From IMG/VR virus record IMGVR_UViG_3300025715_000009, positions 128,001 to 192,000 of that record: DNA of 64,000 nt; one strand, written 5' to 3'. Positions 28,402-38,486 of this stretch are shown piece after piece. The position numbers and the translations under genes were made by a program. The notes below the pieces were generated by a model. The model saw nothing but the letters and a program-made list of their open reading frames with translations, made no database searches and was not told the DNA's origin. How positions within the stretch are numbered: the stretch's first letter is position 1; every line of letters starts with the position of its first letter. The DNA is from a virus. Taxonomy: Duplodnaviria; Caudoviricetes.

Positions 28402-29183
28402 TCAAAATAATGTAAGTGAATAATTAGGATCATAATTATCTAATATTTTTTGCCACGTTGCTGTTATTTCTGGATCATTTTTAGATTTTTCTAAATCTAA
28501 ATTACTATGTAATTCCCTAACTTGTCTATAACAATATTTACAAAAAATATCACCTTGCTTTTTCATTAATTCATCAAATGGTAGAAATCGTCTCTCTCCT
28601 ACATCTAAGTGCAAAAGATGAGCAATATATACTGCTCTAGTACAAAGAAATATGCCAAATGGAGTAATTCCAATTCCACATTCTCTTGGCACCCAACATT
28701 TATCAATAGCAAAATTATATGGTTCTACTAATTTATATTTTTCAATTGCATCTGGAAAATCCATAATAGATTGAAAAATAGGAAAATGTTCTTCTACGTT
28801 TTCTGATTTTTCTTTAGTTGAAAAAACAGTAATATTTATTCCGTTGTTTTTTAAATCTTCTATTTTTTTAATTACATCTTTAGTAAATTGACTTCTTCCA
28901 TTAGATCTTAAAAAAATTAATGGTTTTTTTGTAAAACCATTAGATAATAATTTTATTATGTCTATTATTTGTGGGTGAAGTGTCGGTTCTCCACCCATAA
29001 TGTGGATTGAATCTCTTTTTCTATAATGTGGTTTTAAAATTTCAATATATCTTTCAATTTGATCTAAAGACATATATATTGATCTGTGTTTATATTTTGA
29101 CCCACATAAACGATTACACCACTCACAACTTAAATTACACTCATAAGAATATCAAGCTGATAAAGCACCCTTAACCCCCTCAT
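28402..29183 (-). pseudogene. Radical SAM protein with an apparent 1-nt frameshift near 29146-29150
   Basis: CNLSCEWC lies upstream of the ORF-track ATG (29073) with no in-frame start; MRGLRVLYQLDI from ATG 29183 is in another frame; GGEPTLHP and SNG motifs are present. Confidence 0.7.
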
Positions 29184-29898
29184 ATTGTAAAGTAAAATTT
29201 TTTCTTTCTTCAATTGGACCATTATGATTAGAAAACATTTTAGGATATAATCTTCCTAAATGATTTAAAATTATATCTTCATATTTTCTAGATCTATATG
29301 CTGCTGTTTCTGTTCCATGTCTTCTATACAATAATTTAACTTCAAAACATGGAGCAAAAGTCTTTCCCATAGTAAATAATCTAGTTAACATCTCTCTGTC
29401 TTCGTTTCCATAAATAAATTCTTCATTATATCCACCTACTTCTTTCCATACTTCTCTTCTAAAAAGACAAGTCGGTGGAATAAGGGGTGGGTGTTTTCTT
29501 CTAAGAAAGCTTTTACATATATAGGGTGGTGGTTCAATAATTTTATTTTCACTTCCAAATCTAATGGAGCCTGTATATATTGTATCAGCTTCATCTTTAT
29601 GTTTTAATACTTCCTCTATATAATTATCTAGTAACATATCATCAGCGTCTAATGGAATTACAAATTTAGTTCTAGCTAATGCAAACCCCAAATTCCTAGC
29701 TGCAGGTAATGGCATTTGTTTTTTTAAAATATAATATATATCATTCAGCTGATCTGCTAATTTCCAAGATTCTTCATCCATCAATATTGCAATTACTTGG
29801 TCTGGTTTTACTGTCTGTCTTCTACAACTATTTACTGCATCTAACAAGTACTCTGCTTGACCATAGCATGGTATAATTACTGCAACATCACTTGACAT
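29152..29898 (-). CDS. Glycosyltransferase family 2 (copy 3)
   Basis: VIIPCYG, ARNLG, PLDADD, GGYNE, ED; start MSSD. Confidence 0.92.
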   Translation of the reverse strand: MSSDVAVIIPCYGQAEYLLDAVNSCRRQTVKPDQVIAILMDEESWKLADQLNDIYYILKKQMPLPAARNLGFALARTKFVIPLDADDMLLDNYIEEVLKHKDEADTIYTGSIRFGSENKIIEPPPYICKSFLRRKHPPLIPPTCLFRREVWKEVGGYNEEFIYGNEDREMLTRLFTMGKTFAPCFEVKLLYRRHGTETAAYRSRKYEDIILNHLGRLYPKMFSNHNGPIEERKNFTLQYEGVKGALSA

Positions 29899-30625
29899 AA
29901 ATATTCTCATATTGTAAAGTAAAATTTTTTCTTTCTTCAATTGGACCATTATGATTAGAAAACATTTTAGGATATAATCTTCCTAAATGATTTAAAATTA
30001 TATCTTCATATTTTCTCATTTCATATGACATACAATAAGTACCATGTTTTCTATATAGTAATTTAACTTCAAAACATGGAGCAAAAGTCTTTCCCATAGT
30101 AAATAATCTAAACAATAATTCACTATCTTCATGCCCATAAATAAATTCTTCATTATATCCACCTACTTCTTTCCATACTTCTCTTCTAAAAAGACAAGTA
30201 CATGGAATAGATGGAGCATAGTTTCTTCTAAGAAAGCTTTTACAGATATAATCATATGGCTCAGTTATTCTATTATCTGTTCCAAATCTAATAGAGCCTG
30301 TATATATTGTATCAGCTTCATCTTTATGTTTTAATACTTCTTCTATATAATTATCTGGCAACATATCATCAGCATCTAATGGAATTACAAATTTAGTTCT
30401 AGCTAATGCAAACCCTAAATTCCTAGCTGCAGGCACATCTAATCTTGGTTTTATAACATAATGTATGTCAGATAATTGATTTGCTAATTTCCAAGACTCC
30501 TCGTCCATTAATATTGCAATAATTTCTTTTGGCTTTACTGTCTGTCTTCTACAACTATTTACTGCATCTAATAAATATTCTGCCTGGCCATAGCATGGTA
30601 TAATTACTGTAACATCACTTGACAT
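29888..30625 (-). CDS. Glycosyltransferase family 2 (copy 2)
   Basis: Same motifs; near-duplicate of 29152..29898. Confidence 0.92.
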   Translation of the reverse strand: MSSDVTVIIPCYGQAEYLLDAVNSCRRQTVKPKEIIAILMDEESWKLANQLSDIHYVIKPRLDVPAARNLGFALARTKFVIPLDADDMLPDNYIEEVLKHKDEADTIYTGSIRFGTDNRITEPYDYICKSFLRRNYAPSIPCTCLFRREVWKEVGGYNEEFIYGHEDSELLFRLFTMGKTFAPCFEVKLLYRKHGTYCMSYEMRKYEDIILNHLGRLYPKMFSNHNGPIEERKNFTLQYENIYVK

Positions 30626-31319
30626 AGTTAATCCTTTCTTTTGGTTTATTATTAGATTTAAAATCCTCTGGATATAATTCTTGCATTTGATTGAATATTA
30701 GTTGAAAATTCTTTATAGCATTTTTACCAGCTGATACTTCATTTTGTCTATATCTAAGAAAAGTATTATTACATTTTTTAAAATTTAACCCTAATATAAA
30801 AGCTCTATACATAAATTCCCAGTTTTCATGCCCATAAATAAATTCTTCATTATATCCACCAATTTTTTCCCAAGCTGATTTTTTTATCAATGTAGTAACT
30901 ACAATTTGAGGATGTCTTTCTAAAAACATTGATTTTTCAACATCTAAAATTTTTGTTTTTCCACCATTTGGAAAAGTTCTATAATCTGTATAAACTATAT
31001 CAGCGTCAACTTGCAAAACTCTTAAAATATAATGAGGTGGTAAAATATCATCAGCATCTAATGGTATAATATATTTTGTATTTGACAAAGAGAATAATAA
31101 ATTTCTAGCAACAGCCGGAATTAATTTATCTGACACAATACAAGAAATAATTGGGCTTAATTCTGTTAGATTATGAAACATTGCCTGAGACTCTAAATCC
31201 ATTAAAAGGATAAGAATTTTCTCAGGCAATGTAACTTGTTTTAAACAACTATCAACAGTCTCTAATAAATATTTTGCATGTCCATAGCATGGTATAATTA
31301 TAGTAACATCTGAACTCAA
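30615..31319 (-). CDS. Glycosyltransferase family 2 (copy 1, more divergent)
   Basis: IIIPCYG, PLDADD, GGYNEEFIYGHEN. Confidence 0.9.
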   Translation of the reverse strand: MSSDVTIIIPCYGHAKYLLETVDSCLKQVTLPEKILILLMDLESQAMFHNLTELSPIISCIVSDKLIPAVARNLLFSLSNTKYIIPLDADDILPPHYILRVLQVDADIVYTDYRTFPNGGKTKILDVEKSMFLERHPQIVVTTLIKKSAWEKIGGYNEEFIYGHENWEFMYRAFILGLNFKKCNNTFLRYRQNEVSAGKNAIKNFQLIFNQMQELYPEDFKSNNKPKERINYVK

Positions 31320-31329
31320 TTATTTACTC

Positions 31330-31530
31330 TTATTCTGGTTGTTCATTTGGGTTTATACCCTTTGTAGCCAAGAAATCAAGCCAAGCTTGTTCTGTATCAT
31401 AGGTGACAAGACTTGGTTGACCTGATGAAACAACTTGACCTACTTCTGCTTTTCCATAATGAATAACAGAAAAGTCGTTGTTGTGTGCTACCCACCATTT
31501 TGCTGATGTTTGATTTTTTAGTTCTTGCAT
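31330..31530 (-). CDS. Hypothetical protein
   Basis: ORF track; AGGAG RBS. Confidence 0.7.
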   Translation of the reverse strand: MQELKNQTSAKWWVAHNNDFSVIHYGKAEVGQVVSSGQPSLVTYDTEQAWLDFLATKGINPNEQPE

Positions 31531-31557
31531 ATTATTTCTCCTTTGTCAATCGTTTAA

Positions 31558-33189
31558 TTAATCTCCATCTAAAATAGTCCATCCATAAGTATTTATTAAT
31601 GTATTTCTAGCATCAGCTCCTGCTGAAGAATATATAGAATTACCGCCTCCAAAAGATACATTTGTAGGAATTTGTGTTTCTCCTACATCCAATGTAGCCC
31701 AACCATTAAGAATAGCATCATAGTTGGTTGTTGATAATATAACGCCTGCGAACATGCTACTCATATTAGTTACGCTACTAATATCCCAAGATCCAATGTT
31801 TTGATTAAATGCTGTTGTATTATAAAACATACTACCCATATTAGTAACACTACTTACATCCCAACCATTAAGTGGTTGATTAAATGCTTGTGCAAATGTA
31901 AACATATTACTCATATTAGTTACATTACTTACATTCCAGTTATTAAGTGGTTGATTAAAAGCAGATGCACCATTAAACACATCTTGCATATTAGTAACAC
32001 TACTTACACCCCAACTATTAAGTAGTTGATTAAACACTGTTGCATTATTAAACATAGCTTGAATAGTAGTAACATTACTTACATCCCAAGATCCAATGGG
32101 TTGATTAAATGCAGCTGCATGACTAAACATATAACTCATATTTGTAATATTGCTTACATTCCAAGAAGATATATCTTGATTAAATAATGTTGCTAACATA
32201 AACATACCTTGTGCATTGTTTATATTAGACAAATCTGGTTGTCCTATGTTAATCATATTTTTAGTATCTGCAAATTGGTAGCCATTATTATGAAGCTTCA
32301 CACTACCCCAATCATTAATAGATAATAATTTACCAGCATCAGTACGCCTAGTAATATAAAATCCAAAACCATTACATTGTCCATCTATTGTTATTGTATA
32401 TTCTCCGCCAGTAGAATAAGTATGTGTAGCTTCAGCTTGATTATAAGAAGTTATAATGTTTGAAGAACCATCACCCCAATTGACTGTAAAGTTATATACT
32501 CCACTTGCATCAAGAGGTAATTTAATTGAATTTGTTCCAGATGTCTGTGTAGATGTTTTAGTAGTATCCCAAGTTGATGAGAATAATCCACCACCACTAG
32601 CTGCTTTAACTATAACTGTATAACTCTTGGTTTGTGTTGCTCCATCTTTGCTAATTGTGGCAGTCATAATAACTGTTGCATCAGATCCAGAAGGTTGAGT
32701 TACTACACCTGTATTACTTATAACAGATGGATTAGATGAAGACCAACTAATAGTAGTTGAATAATCACCAGTTGTTGGGAGTGTAAGATTAGATGTTATA
32801 TTTTGTAAATTAGAATTTGATCCTAATCCTACTACTATACCTTGAGCTGCCAAATAAGCAGCTTCAGAATTACTGATCTCTAATGTATCTACAATTTGAG
32901 ATAATGCATCATCAGCATTTTGTATAATTGTGTAATCTCCAATTGTCAATTTGAAAATATTGTCATCCGCACCACCTGCTGACCAATCAATTGCTACATC
33001 CATCATAGATGTAGGCATATCTTCAATGTTGGCAATTACTCCCATGCCCTTTAATGTTGCCACAAAGATTGATTGTATAGCAGCAATTTTCTTTTCATCA
33101 GTCATTGAAAGTATGAAATCTTTCAATGCTTGTATTTTTATTCCTCTTTTGAATGGTAATGTAGGATCTCTTCCTGCTAGTTGAGCCAT
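31558..33189 (-). CDS. Surface/virion protein with Ig-like, PKD-like and BspA/DUF285 repeats
   Basis: LTLPT.G...TISWSSSNP (Ig-like), VNWGDG (PKD), about six FNQxxxxWDVSxVTxMxxMF repeats. Confidence 0.85.
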   Translation of the reverse strand: MAQLAGRDPTLPFKRGIKIQALKDFILSMTDEKKIAAIQSIFVATLKGMGVIANIEDMPTSMMDVAIDWSAGGADDNIFKLTIGDYTIIQNADDALSQIVDTLEISNSEAAYLAAQGIVVGLGSNSNLQNITSNLTLPTTGDYSTTISWSSSNPSVISNTGVVTQPSGSDATVIMTATISKDGATQTKSYTVIVKAASGGGLFSSTWDTTKTSTQTSGTNSIKLPLDASGVYNFTVNWGDGSSNIITSYNQAEATHTYSTGGEYTITIDGQCNGFGFYITRRTDAGKLLSINDWGSVKLHNNGYQFADTKNMINIGQPDLSNINNAQGMFMLATLFNQDISSWNVSNITNMSYMFSHAAAFNQPIGSWDVSNVTTIQAMFNNATVFNQLLNSWGVSSVTNMQDVFNGASAFNQPLNNWNVSNVTNMSNMFTFAQAFNQPLNGWDVSSVTNMGSMFYNTTAFNQNIGSWDISSVTNMSSMFAGVILSTTNYDAILNGWATLDVGETQIPTNVSFGGGNSIYSSAGADARNTLINTYGWTILDGD

Positions 33190-33209
33190 TATCTCCCTCC
33201 TATTTTAAT

Positions 33210-36200
33210 TTACTCTCTCCAACAAATTACAACCATCACAACAGCATCTTTTGCTGGAACACCAGATGCGGGTACGAATGCTTGCAAATAATCTCCAGCA
33301 TCAAAATCTATATTTTTATTGATTGCAGAATAAGATCCACTTGTCAATGTAAAAGAGTCAAGAGGAGTTACTCTGTCATTATTTCTTCTTAATTCAAATA
33401 ACTTGGATTGATTTCCAGATGCAGATTTAGCAGTAACAGATATAATAGTTCCATTATATGGCATTAAATAACCTGTTTGAGTTGCTACTGCACCGTGGAT
33501 GTTGAGATACTTACCATCAGCAACGTTGCTACCCCAATCCAAGAACATTTGAGACATGCTTAGCCACTTACTCCTTGATGAATCATATTGGAAAGTCATA
33601 TTCAAATCTGTACGATAGAATATATCTCCAGCAGAAGGAGCAGGTGAAGTTGGGAAAGAAGTTCCAGATGGCATATCAAACTGTGTTATTTTACTGTTCA
33701 ATGCTTGAATTGCATCTTGAACATTATTGGCATTTAATGAAGTAAGTGTATCATCATAACCTACTGCAAATGCATTATCTGTCAAGTGGAATCTACCACC
33801 ATTTACACTAACCATGCTAGCACGAACATCTGGAGCTGATTGAGCATCAACATGAACATCAGCATTTCCGTCTGAGGTGAGTGTATCCCAAGAATAGTTG
33901 TTATAAAACTCTACCCATACGTTTTGTGATGCACCTTTCAATAACAAATTGCCACCCATACAATCTTTTACAGTATTAGAAGAAGCTGACCCATAACTAT
34001 CAAGATGTTCAACTCCTGTATCATCAATTGTTAATCCACCCATAAATACAGAGTTGTAAGCTGTAAGATTAGCAGCATGGATAGCAGTAGCTCCAGTTAT
34101 GGAAACATCATTTCTCAATTGAACATAATCAACACCACCACCCAACATGTTTGCTGTTAATGTTCCAATTTGACAGTTATCAAACCAAATTGATGTTCCA
34201 CCAGAGGATGTAGCTGGGTGAGTGAAAATCATATCTTGTGTTCCACCAAAACCTATATTCTTGGCAAACCATCTTCCACCACTTGTAAAGTTTGCAATAT
34301 GGTCACCAGTTTCTGTTCTTACTTTTGTTGTTTCTTTGGAAAGACCCATGATTCCAATCCATGGTTTTAATGTCAAATCCTCTAAATAAGTTCCAGGCAT
34401 AACAAATACTACATAATACTTGGTTGAAGAAGCATCCGTAATAGAATTCAATGCTGCTTGAACTGTAAGATATGGATTATCAAGAGTTCCTAATGTTACA
34501 TTTGGATTTGTATCAGTTCCATTTTTAGCAACATAAACAACATTTTGTATCTCTGTTCCCACTTCATTAGACAATTCAGTAATTGCATCTTGAACTGTTG
34601 TTGAAGATAAACTTGTTCCTGAATTATTATATGATATGTTAGATGCAGCATGTGTGTGTAGCAAGTCAGCATTACTTGCATTTGTTAATGTTTCTGCTTC
34701 AGCAGCAGTTATATCAGTATTAGGATCAGCCAACGATGCTTGAGTGAATGTTACTGTATGTGGGTTATCAGTTCTACCTTCATGATCTGATAAACCATCT
34801 AATATATTTGTAATTATATTATCTATTTGAGAAATTACTTCATCAATATCATCGCCAGTTATATTTACATCACCTGTTGAATTATAGTATAAATCATTTG
34901 CAGGGAAGAGTAGTGTTTTTGTTCCATTAAATGTTACTTTGGTTTGATTATATTCTACCCACCCCCAATATACTGTTCCACCTGATTGATTATAATCTTT
35001 TGCCCCTGTTCCTGAAGAAAGAGCAGCAGAAACAAGATATACTGTACCTGCTGATTGAGAAATTGCGTCACCACCATTATGAGAGAAATCACCATTATGA
35101 ACACGTAATGTTCCACTGGTAATATCTGTTACTGCTTCAACTACTTTAGAATCATAGAATTCAACTACACCTGCATCAATTCTAAACGTTCCACCTCTAA
35201 GATTTACATGTCTAAATGTTTGACTAAATGCTCCATTGATAAATGCTGTTCTTGCTCCAGATGTAGCTAATATATCAACATTAAAGATAGTTGGATTATT
35301 ACCAGTTATAGTTAGAGCTGCATCAGTTGTCATACTTGATGTAGATACTAAAGAAAGATTATATACACCATTTGATTTCTCTGTTGTAGATCCTACAGAC
35401 AGTGTTGTTCCAGAAGAAGATATAATTCTTGCTGCATTTTTTTGTGGTGATGCAAGATAGACAAATGGTTTATTTAATACAACATTCTCGTTATAATCAC
35501 CAGGCATAATATATACAACATATCGATTTGTAGATGATGCACCAGTAATAGAATCAATTGCTGCTTGAACTGTAAGATATGGGTTAGCAATTGTGCCTAA
35601 TGTAACGTTAGGATTTATATCTATGCCATTTTTGGCTACAAAAACTATATTATTTAAATCAACACCTTGTTCTGTAGCAATTTCATCAATTGCTGCTTGA
35701 ACTGTTGTTGCAGCAAGACCAGACGTTGTATTATTAAAAGAGATCGCAGTAGCAGGGTGAGAGTTAGCAGAATCTCTATCCCCTAAAGCATCGTGACTAC
35801 CCCAATCAACGTCTGCTATCTTAATCCAATCTGGTGGAAGACCAGATGAATCATAAACATATTGAGCAGATTTGCCATCACCATCATCTGAAACAACAAC
35901 CGCCCAATTATCTTGTGGTGCTGGATCTGGATCCCAAGAATCTCCATCCCACTCATATATTCTATCATCTGATCCTGTTCCATCTTTAAATATAACACGT
36001 GTTCCAGTAGTTGGAGAACCCTGATCTGTCCAAACACCAGAAGTATATCTATATAAATGATCATTATCTGTTGACAAATAGAATTGACCTTCTTCTGCAG
36101 TAGCTGGTATAGCTGAATATGCACCTTTACCAACAAGATTTCCTAATGCCGGAGATTGCCATTCTAATGCTCCAAATTGTGGAGCGTGAATTATATTATC

Positions 36201-36638
36201 CCAGTGAATTGAAACTGTTCCTGCGTTTGATGTTCCTAATTCTGTTTCTGTATAATAACGACTATCATGGTGGTGGAGTGTTGTTCCATTACCAGAAGTC
36301 AATTCATTTAATTCTGATAAAGTTATATCAGTGTTGGTATCTGCAGCTAAAGTTTGAGTAATTGTTGTATTGTGTGGGTTATCTCTATCAAAACGTGATG
36401 TTATAGAAAGAGCAGCAATTGCATCAGCAATGCTCATATCTCCACCATTATCTCCTATATCCGTAGTTGATAGAATTAAATTACCTGCTGTAATTGCAGC
36501 AGTTAAATCTGTCGTAAGATAAGCATTTATACCATTACTATCAATTACTAATGATTGATTGTTTGGGAGGGAAATACCAAGATCAATAACATTTACGAGT
36601 GATCCACTGGTGTTTTTCAAATAATAAGTCATGCTCAA
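33210..36638 (-). CDS. Large fibre/tailspike protein with duplicated pectin-lyase-like beta-helix entry motifs
   Basis: Two VFVAKNG...NPYLTVQAA...V.PG.Y.E units; DLG N-module and ICWRE C-domain. Confidence 0.8.
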   Translation of the reverse strand: MSMTYYLKNTSGSLVNVIDLGISLPNNQSLVIDSNGINAYLTTDLTAAITAGNLILSTTDIGDNGGDMSIADAIAALSITSRFDRDNPHNTTITQTLAADTNTDITLSELNELTSGNGTTLHHHDSRYYTETELGTSNAGTVSIHWDNIIHAPQFGALEWQSPALGNLVGKGAYSAIPATAEEGQFYLSTDNDHLYRYTSGVWTDQGSPTTGTRVIFKDGTGSDDRIYEWDGDSWDPDPAPQDNWAVVVSDDGDGKSAQYVYDSSGLPPDWIKIADVDWGSHDALGDRDSANSHPATAISFNNTTSGLAATTVQAAIDEIATEQGVDLNNIVFVAKNGIDINPNVTLGTIANPYLTVQAAIDSITGASSTNRYVVYIMPGDYNENVVLNKPFVYLASPQKNAARIISSSGTTLSVGSTTEKSNGVYNLSLVSTSSMTTDAALTITGNNPTIFNVDILATSGARTAFINGAFSQTFRHVNLRGGTFRIDAGVVEFYDSKVVEAVTDITSGTLRVHNGDFSHNGGDAISQSAGTVYLVSAALSSGTGAKDYNQSGGTVYWGWVEYNQTKVTFNGTKTLLFPANDLYYNSTGDVNITGDDIDEVISQIDNIITNILDGLSDHEGRTDNPHTVTFTQASLADPNTDITAAEAETLTNASNADLLHTHAASNISYNNSGTSLSSTTVQDAITELSNEVGTEIQNVVYVAKNGTDTNPNVTLGTLDNPYLTVQAALNSITDASSTKYYVVFVMPGTYLEDLTLKPWIGIMGLSKETTKVRTETGDHIANFTSGGRWFAKNIGFGGTQDMIFTHPATSSGGTSIWFDNCQIGTLTANMLGGGVDYVQLRNDVSITGATAIHAANLTAYNSVFMGGLTIDDTGVEHLDSYGSASSNTVKDCMGGNLLLKGASQNVWVEFYNNYSWDTLTSDGNADVHVDAQSAPDVRASMVSVNGGRFHLTDNAFAVGYDDTLTSLNANNVQDAIQALNSKITQFDMPSGTSFPTSPAPSAGDIFYRTDLNMTFQYDSSRSKWLSMSQMFLDWGSNVADGKYLNIHGAVATQTGYLMPYNGTIISVTAKSASGNQSKLFELRRNNDRVTPLDSFTLTSGSYSAINKNIDFDAGDYLQAFVPASGVPAKDAVVMVVICWRE

Positions 36639-37357
36639 TTCTCCTCATTTTTTTTAGAAAAATAATGTTTTATAGCTAAACTTATTTTTCTTTTTGTTTC
36701 TTCAGAAAGTTTTTTATTTTTATTTACTAAACTTAATTTTTTTTTATGTTCTTCTGTAAGTTTTTTCCCACAATGAGCATTGCTTATTTTTCTTTTTGTT
36801 TCTTGAGATATTTTTGTTTTTTCACAAGAAAATCTTTTTTTCTGTGAGATACTCATTTTTCTTTTAGTTTCTAAAGAATGTTGTTTTCCTTTTCTATTAC
36901 TTAATTTATTTTTTTTTGATTCACTAATTTTATTTTTAGTTTCATTTGATAAACTTTTTCCAGTTTTAGATTTACTTATTTTTTCTCTCCATTCTTTTGA
37001 TTTATTTAATGCTTGTAATCTTATTTTATTTCTAGTTTCTTCATTACAACGTTGTCCATCACCACCCAACGTTTTATTATAACCAAATTTTGAAATATAG
37101 GATTTGTATTTTCTAATATATTCAATTTCAATTTCATTTAAATTAATTTCATTTAATTCATTTATAGTATTAATTGCTAGCAGTATTTCAAATTTAAAAT
37201 TATTTATACCATATTTATTTATTGAATTAAATAAATGTTTATTTCCTCTACCTTTTTTATGTTCACTCCATCGTTTTTTCATGGAAATATAACTTTTGCC
37301 TATATAAATTTTATTATTTATTAAATTTGTTATTTTATATACACCAATATCTGGCAT
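36635..37357 (-). mobile_element. GIY-YIG homing endonuclease with NUMOD3 repeats, free-standing
   Basis: GVYKITN...IYIGKS, RWSEH, GYNKTLGG, repeated SxETKxKIS. Confidence 0.92.
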
Positions 37358-37367
37358 TTAAGTTCTC

Positions 37368-38090
37368 CTACTTTATTTTCGTTTCCAACACTTTTTTGAT
37401 TTTATGATTTAAGATTGGTTGAAGATTACGAGGTTCAAAATACTCATGATCCACCAATTCAAATTTTCTAATTTCAGGGAGGTTTTCACCTTCTACAAGA
37501 GCCATATATCCTTCATTTTCATTTTTCCAATAATAGAAAACATTATTATCTTCTGTCCAAGTACCGAATATATTTTTCTTGGCGTTATTCTCTTCTTTTA
37601 TTTCATTTAATTTTTTCTCTAATAATCTTTTTACTTTATAATTCTTAAATTCTTGCATAATACGAGGTTCAAAATAATCTTTATCTAATACTTTTACTTC
37701 TACAATTTGTGGTAATTTTATGCCATCATCCTCAACAATTGCCATATAACCTTTATTCTCACCTTTCCAATAGTAATACTTTTTACTATCATCTTTATCA
37801 ACCAACCATTTTTCAAATAAATTGAAATTATCTGATTTGTTTAATTCTTGAACTCTTTTGTTTAGAACCTTGTCCAATTCTTCTTCAATAATATGATTAT
37901 CAAATAGGTGATATGAGAATTTAGAACAATCATTAACACTTTCTATTACCATTGTTTCATAATTTATTTTATATCCTTTATCTGATGTACGCCACATATA
38001 ATAAATGTTATCATCATTTGAATCTTGAACCCATTCATAAAAATGGTTTTTATCTTCATCTAATGATTGAATAAATTTCTTGAACTTCAT
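37368..38090 (-). CDS. Protein with three internal ~75-aa repeats and a CTS-like N-terminus
   Basis: W....D...YYxWK.E..GY repeated three times; MKFKKFIQSLDE. Confidence 0.75.
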   Translation of the reverse strand: MKFKKFIQSLDEDKNHFYEWVQDSNDDNIYYMWRTSDKGYKINYETMVIESVNDCSKFSYHLFDNHIIEEELDKVLNKRVQELNKSDNFNLFEKWLVDKDDSKKYYYWKGENKGYMAIVEDDGIKLPQIVEVKVLDKDYFEPRIMQEFKNYKVKRLLEKKLNEIKEENNAKKNIFGTWTEDNNVFYYWKNENEGYMALVEGENLPEIRKFELVDHEYFEPRNLQPILNHKIKKVLETKIK

Positions 38091-38110
38091 ATTATTCCTC
38101 TTTTAATAAA

Positions 38111-38338
38111 TTACTTTCCAGATCTAATTTTATCTGGTGATATAGAATATTCTGTCCCTGTTCCATCAACCAAATAGGCCCTTTCTTCTCCACACTCAGA
38201 ACATTTTTCAATAACAGCTTTTACTCTAACGTTTTTAACATCACCTGCAATTCCTTGAAAATTACTACGTCCTATAGAATTATAAACTTCTTTCCAATTA
38301 TGTTTATGTTTTTTATTTAATATATTAGCAAATTTCAT
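38111..38338 (-). CDS. Small Zn-binding hypothetical protein
   Basis: HKHNW...CSECG. Confidence 0.65.
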   Translation of the reverse strand: MKFANILNKKHKHNWKEVYNSIGRSNFQGIAGDVKNVRVKAVIEKCSECGEERAYLVDGTGTEYSISPDKIRSGK

Positions 38339-38339
38339 A

Positions 38340-38486
38340 TTATTCCTCTTTTAAAATAAAATTAAAACTATCACCATCTTTTATAACAACTAATTCTTGA
38401 TCATCTGTCATTGTATCAATAATTGCTTTTATCTGATTACATGAAACATCATCACGTGACATTATCACCTGTTCTTCTATCTCCAT
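38340..38486 (-). CDS. 48-aa hypothetical protein (not in ORF track)
   Basis: MEIEEQVIMSRDDVSCNQ...FILKEE*; GGAGG RBS; TAATG overlap. Confidence 0.6.
   Translation of the reverse strand: MEIEEQVIMSRDDVSCNQIKAIIDTMTDDQELVVIKDGDSFNFILKEE

Noticed and set aside
29152-29154. Selenocysteine at the in-frame TGA before the radical SAM motif
   Set aside because: The position does not correspond to a conserved Cys, no clear SECIS-like hairpin was seen, and the alternative frame gives a more typical N-terminus.
29152-32220. Diversity-generating retroelement template/variable repeat pair (GT2 duplicates or BspA repeats)
   Set aside because: There is no reverse transcriptase in the window, both copies are coding, and the differences are not adenine-specific.
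36635-37357. Group I intron around the GIY-YIG gene
   Set aside because: The flanking genes are complete and abut or overlap it, leaving no room for an intron core.
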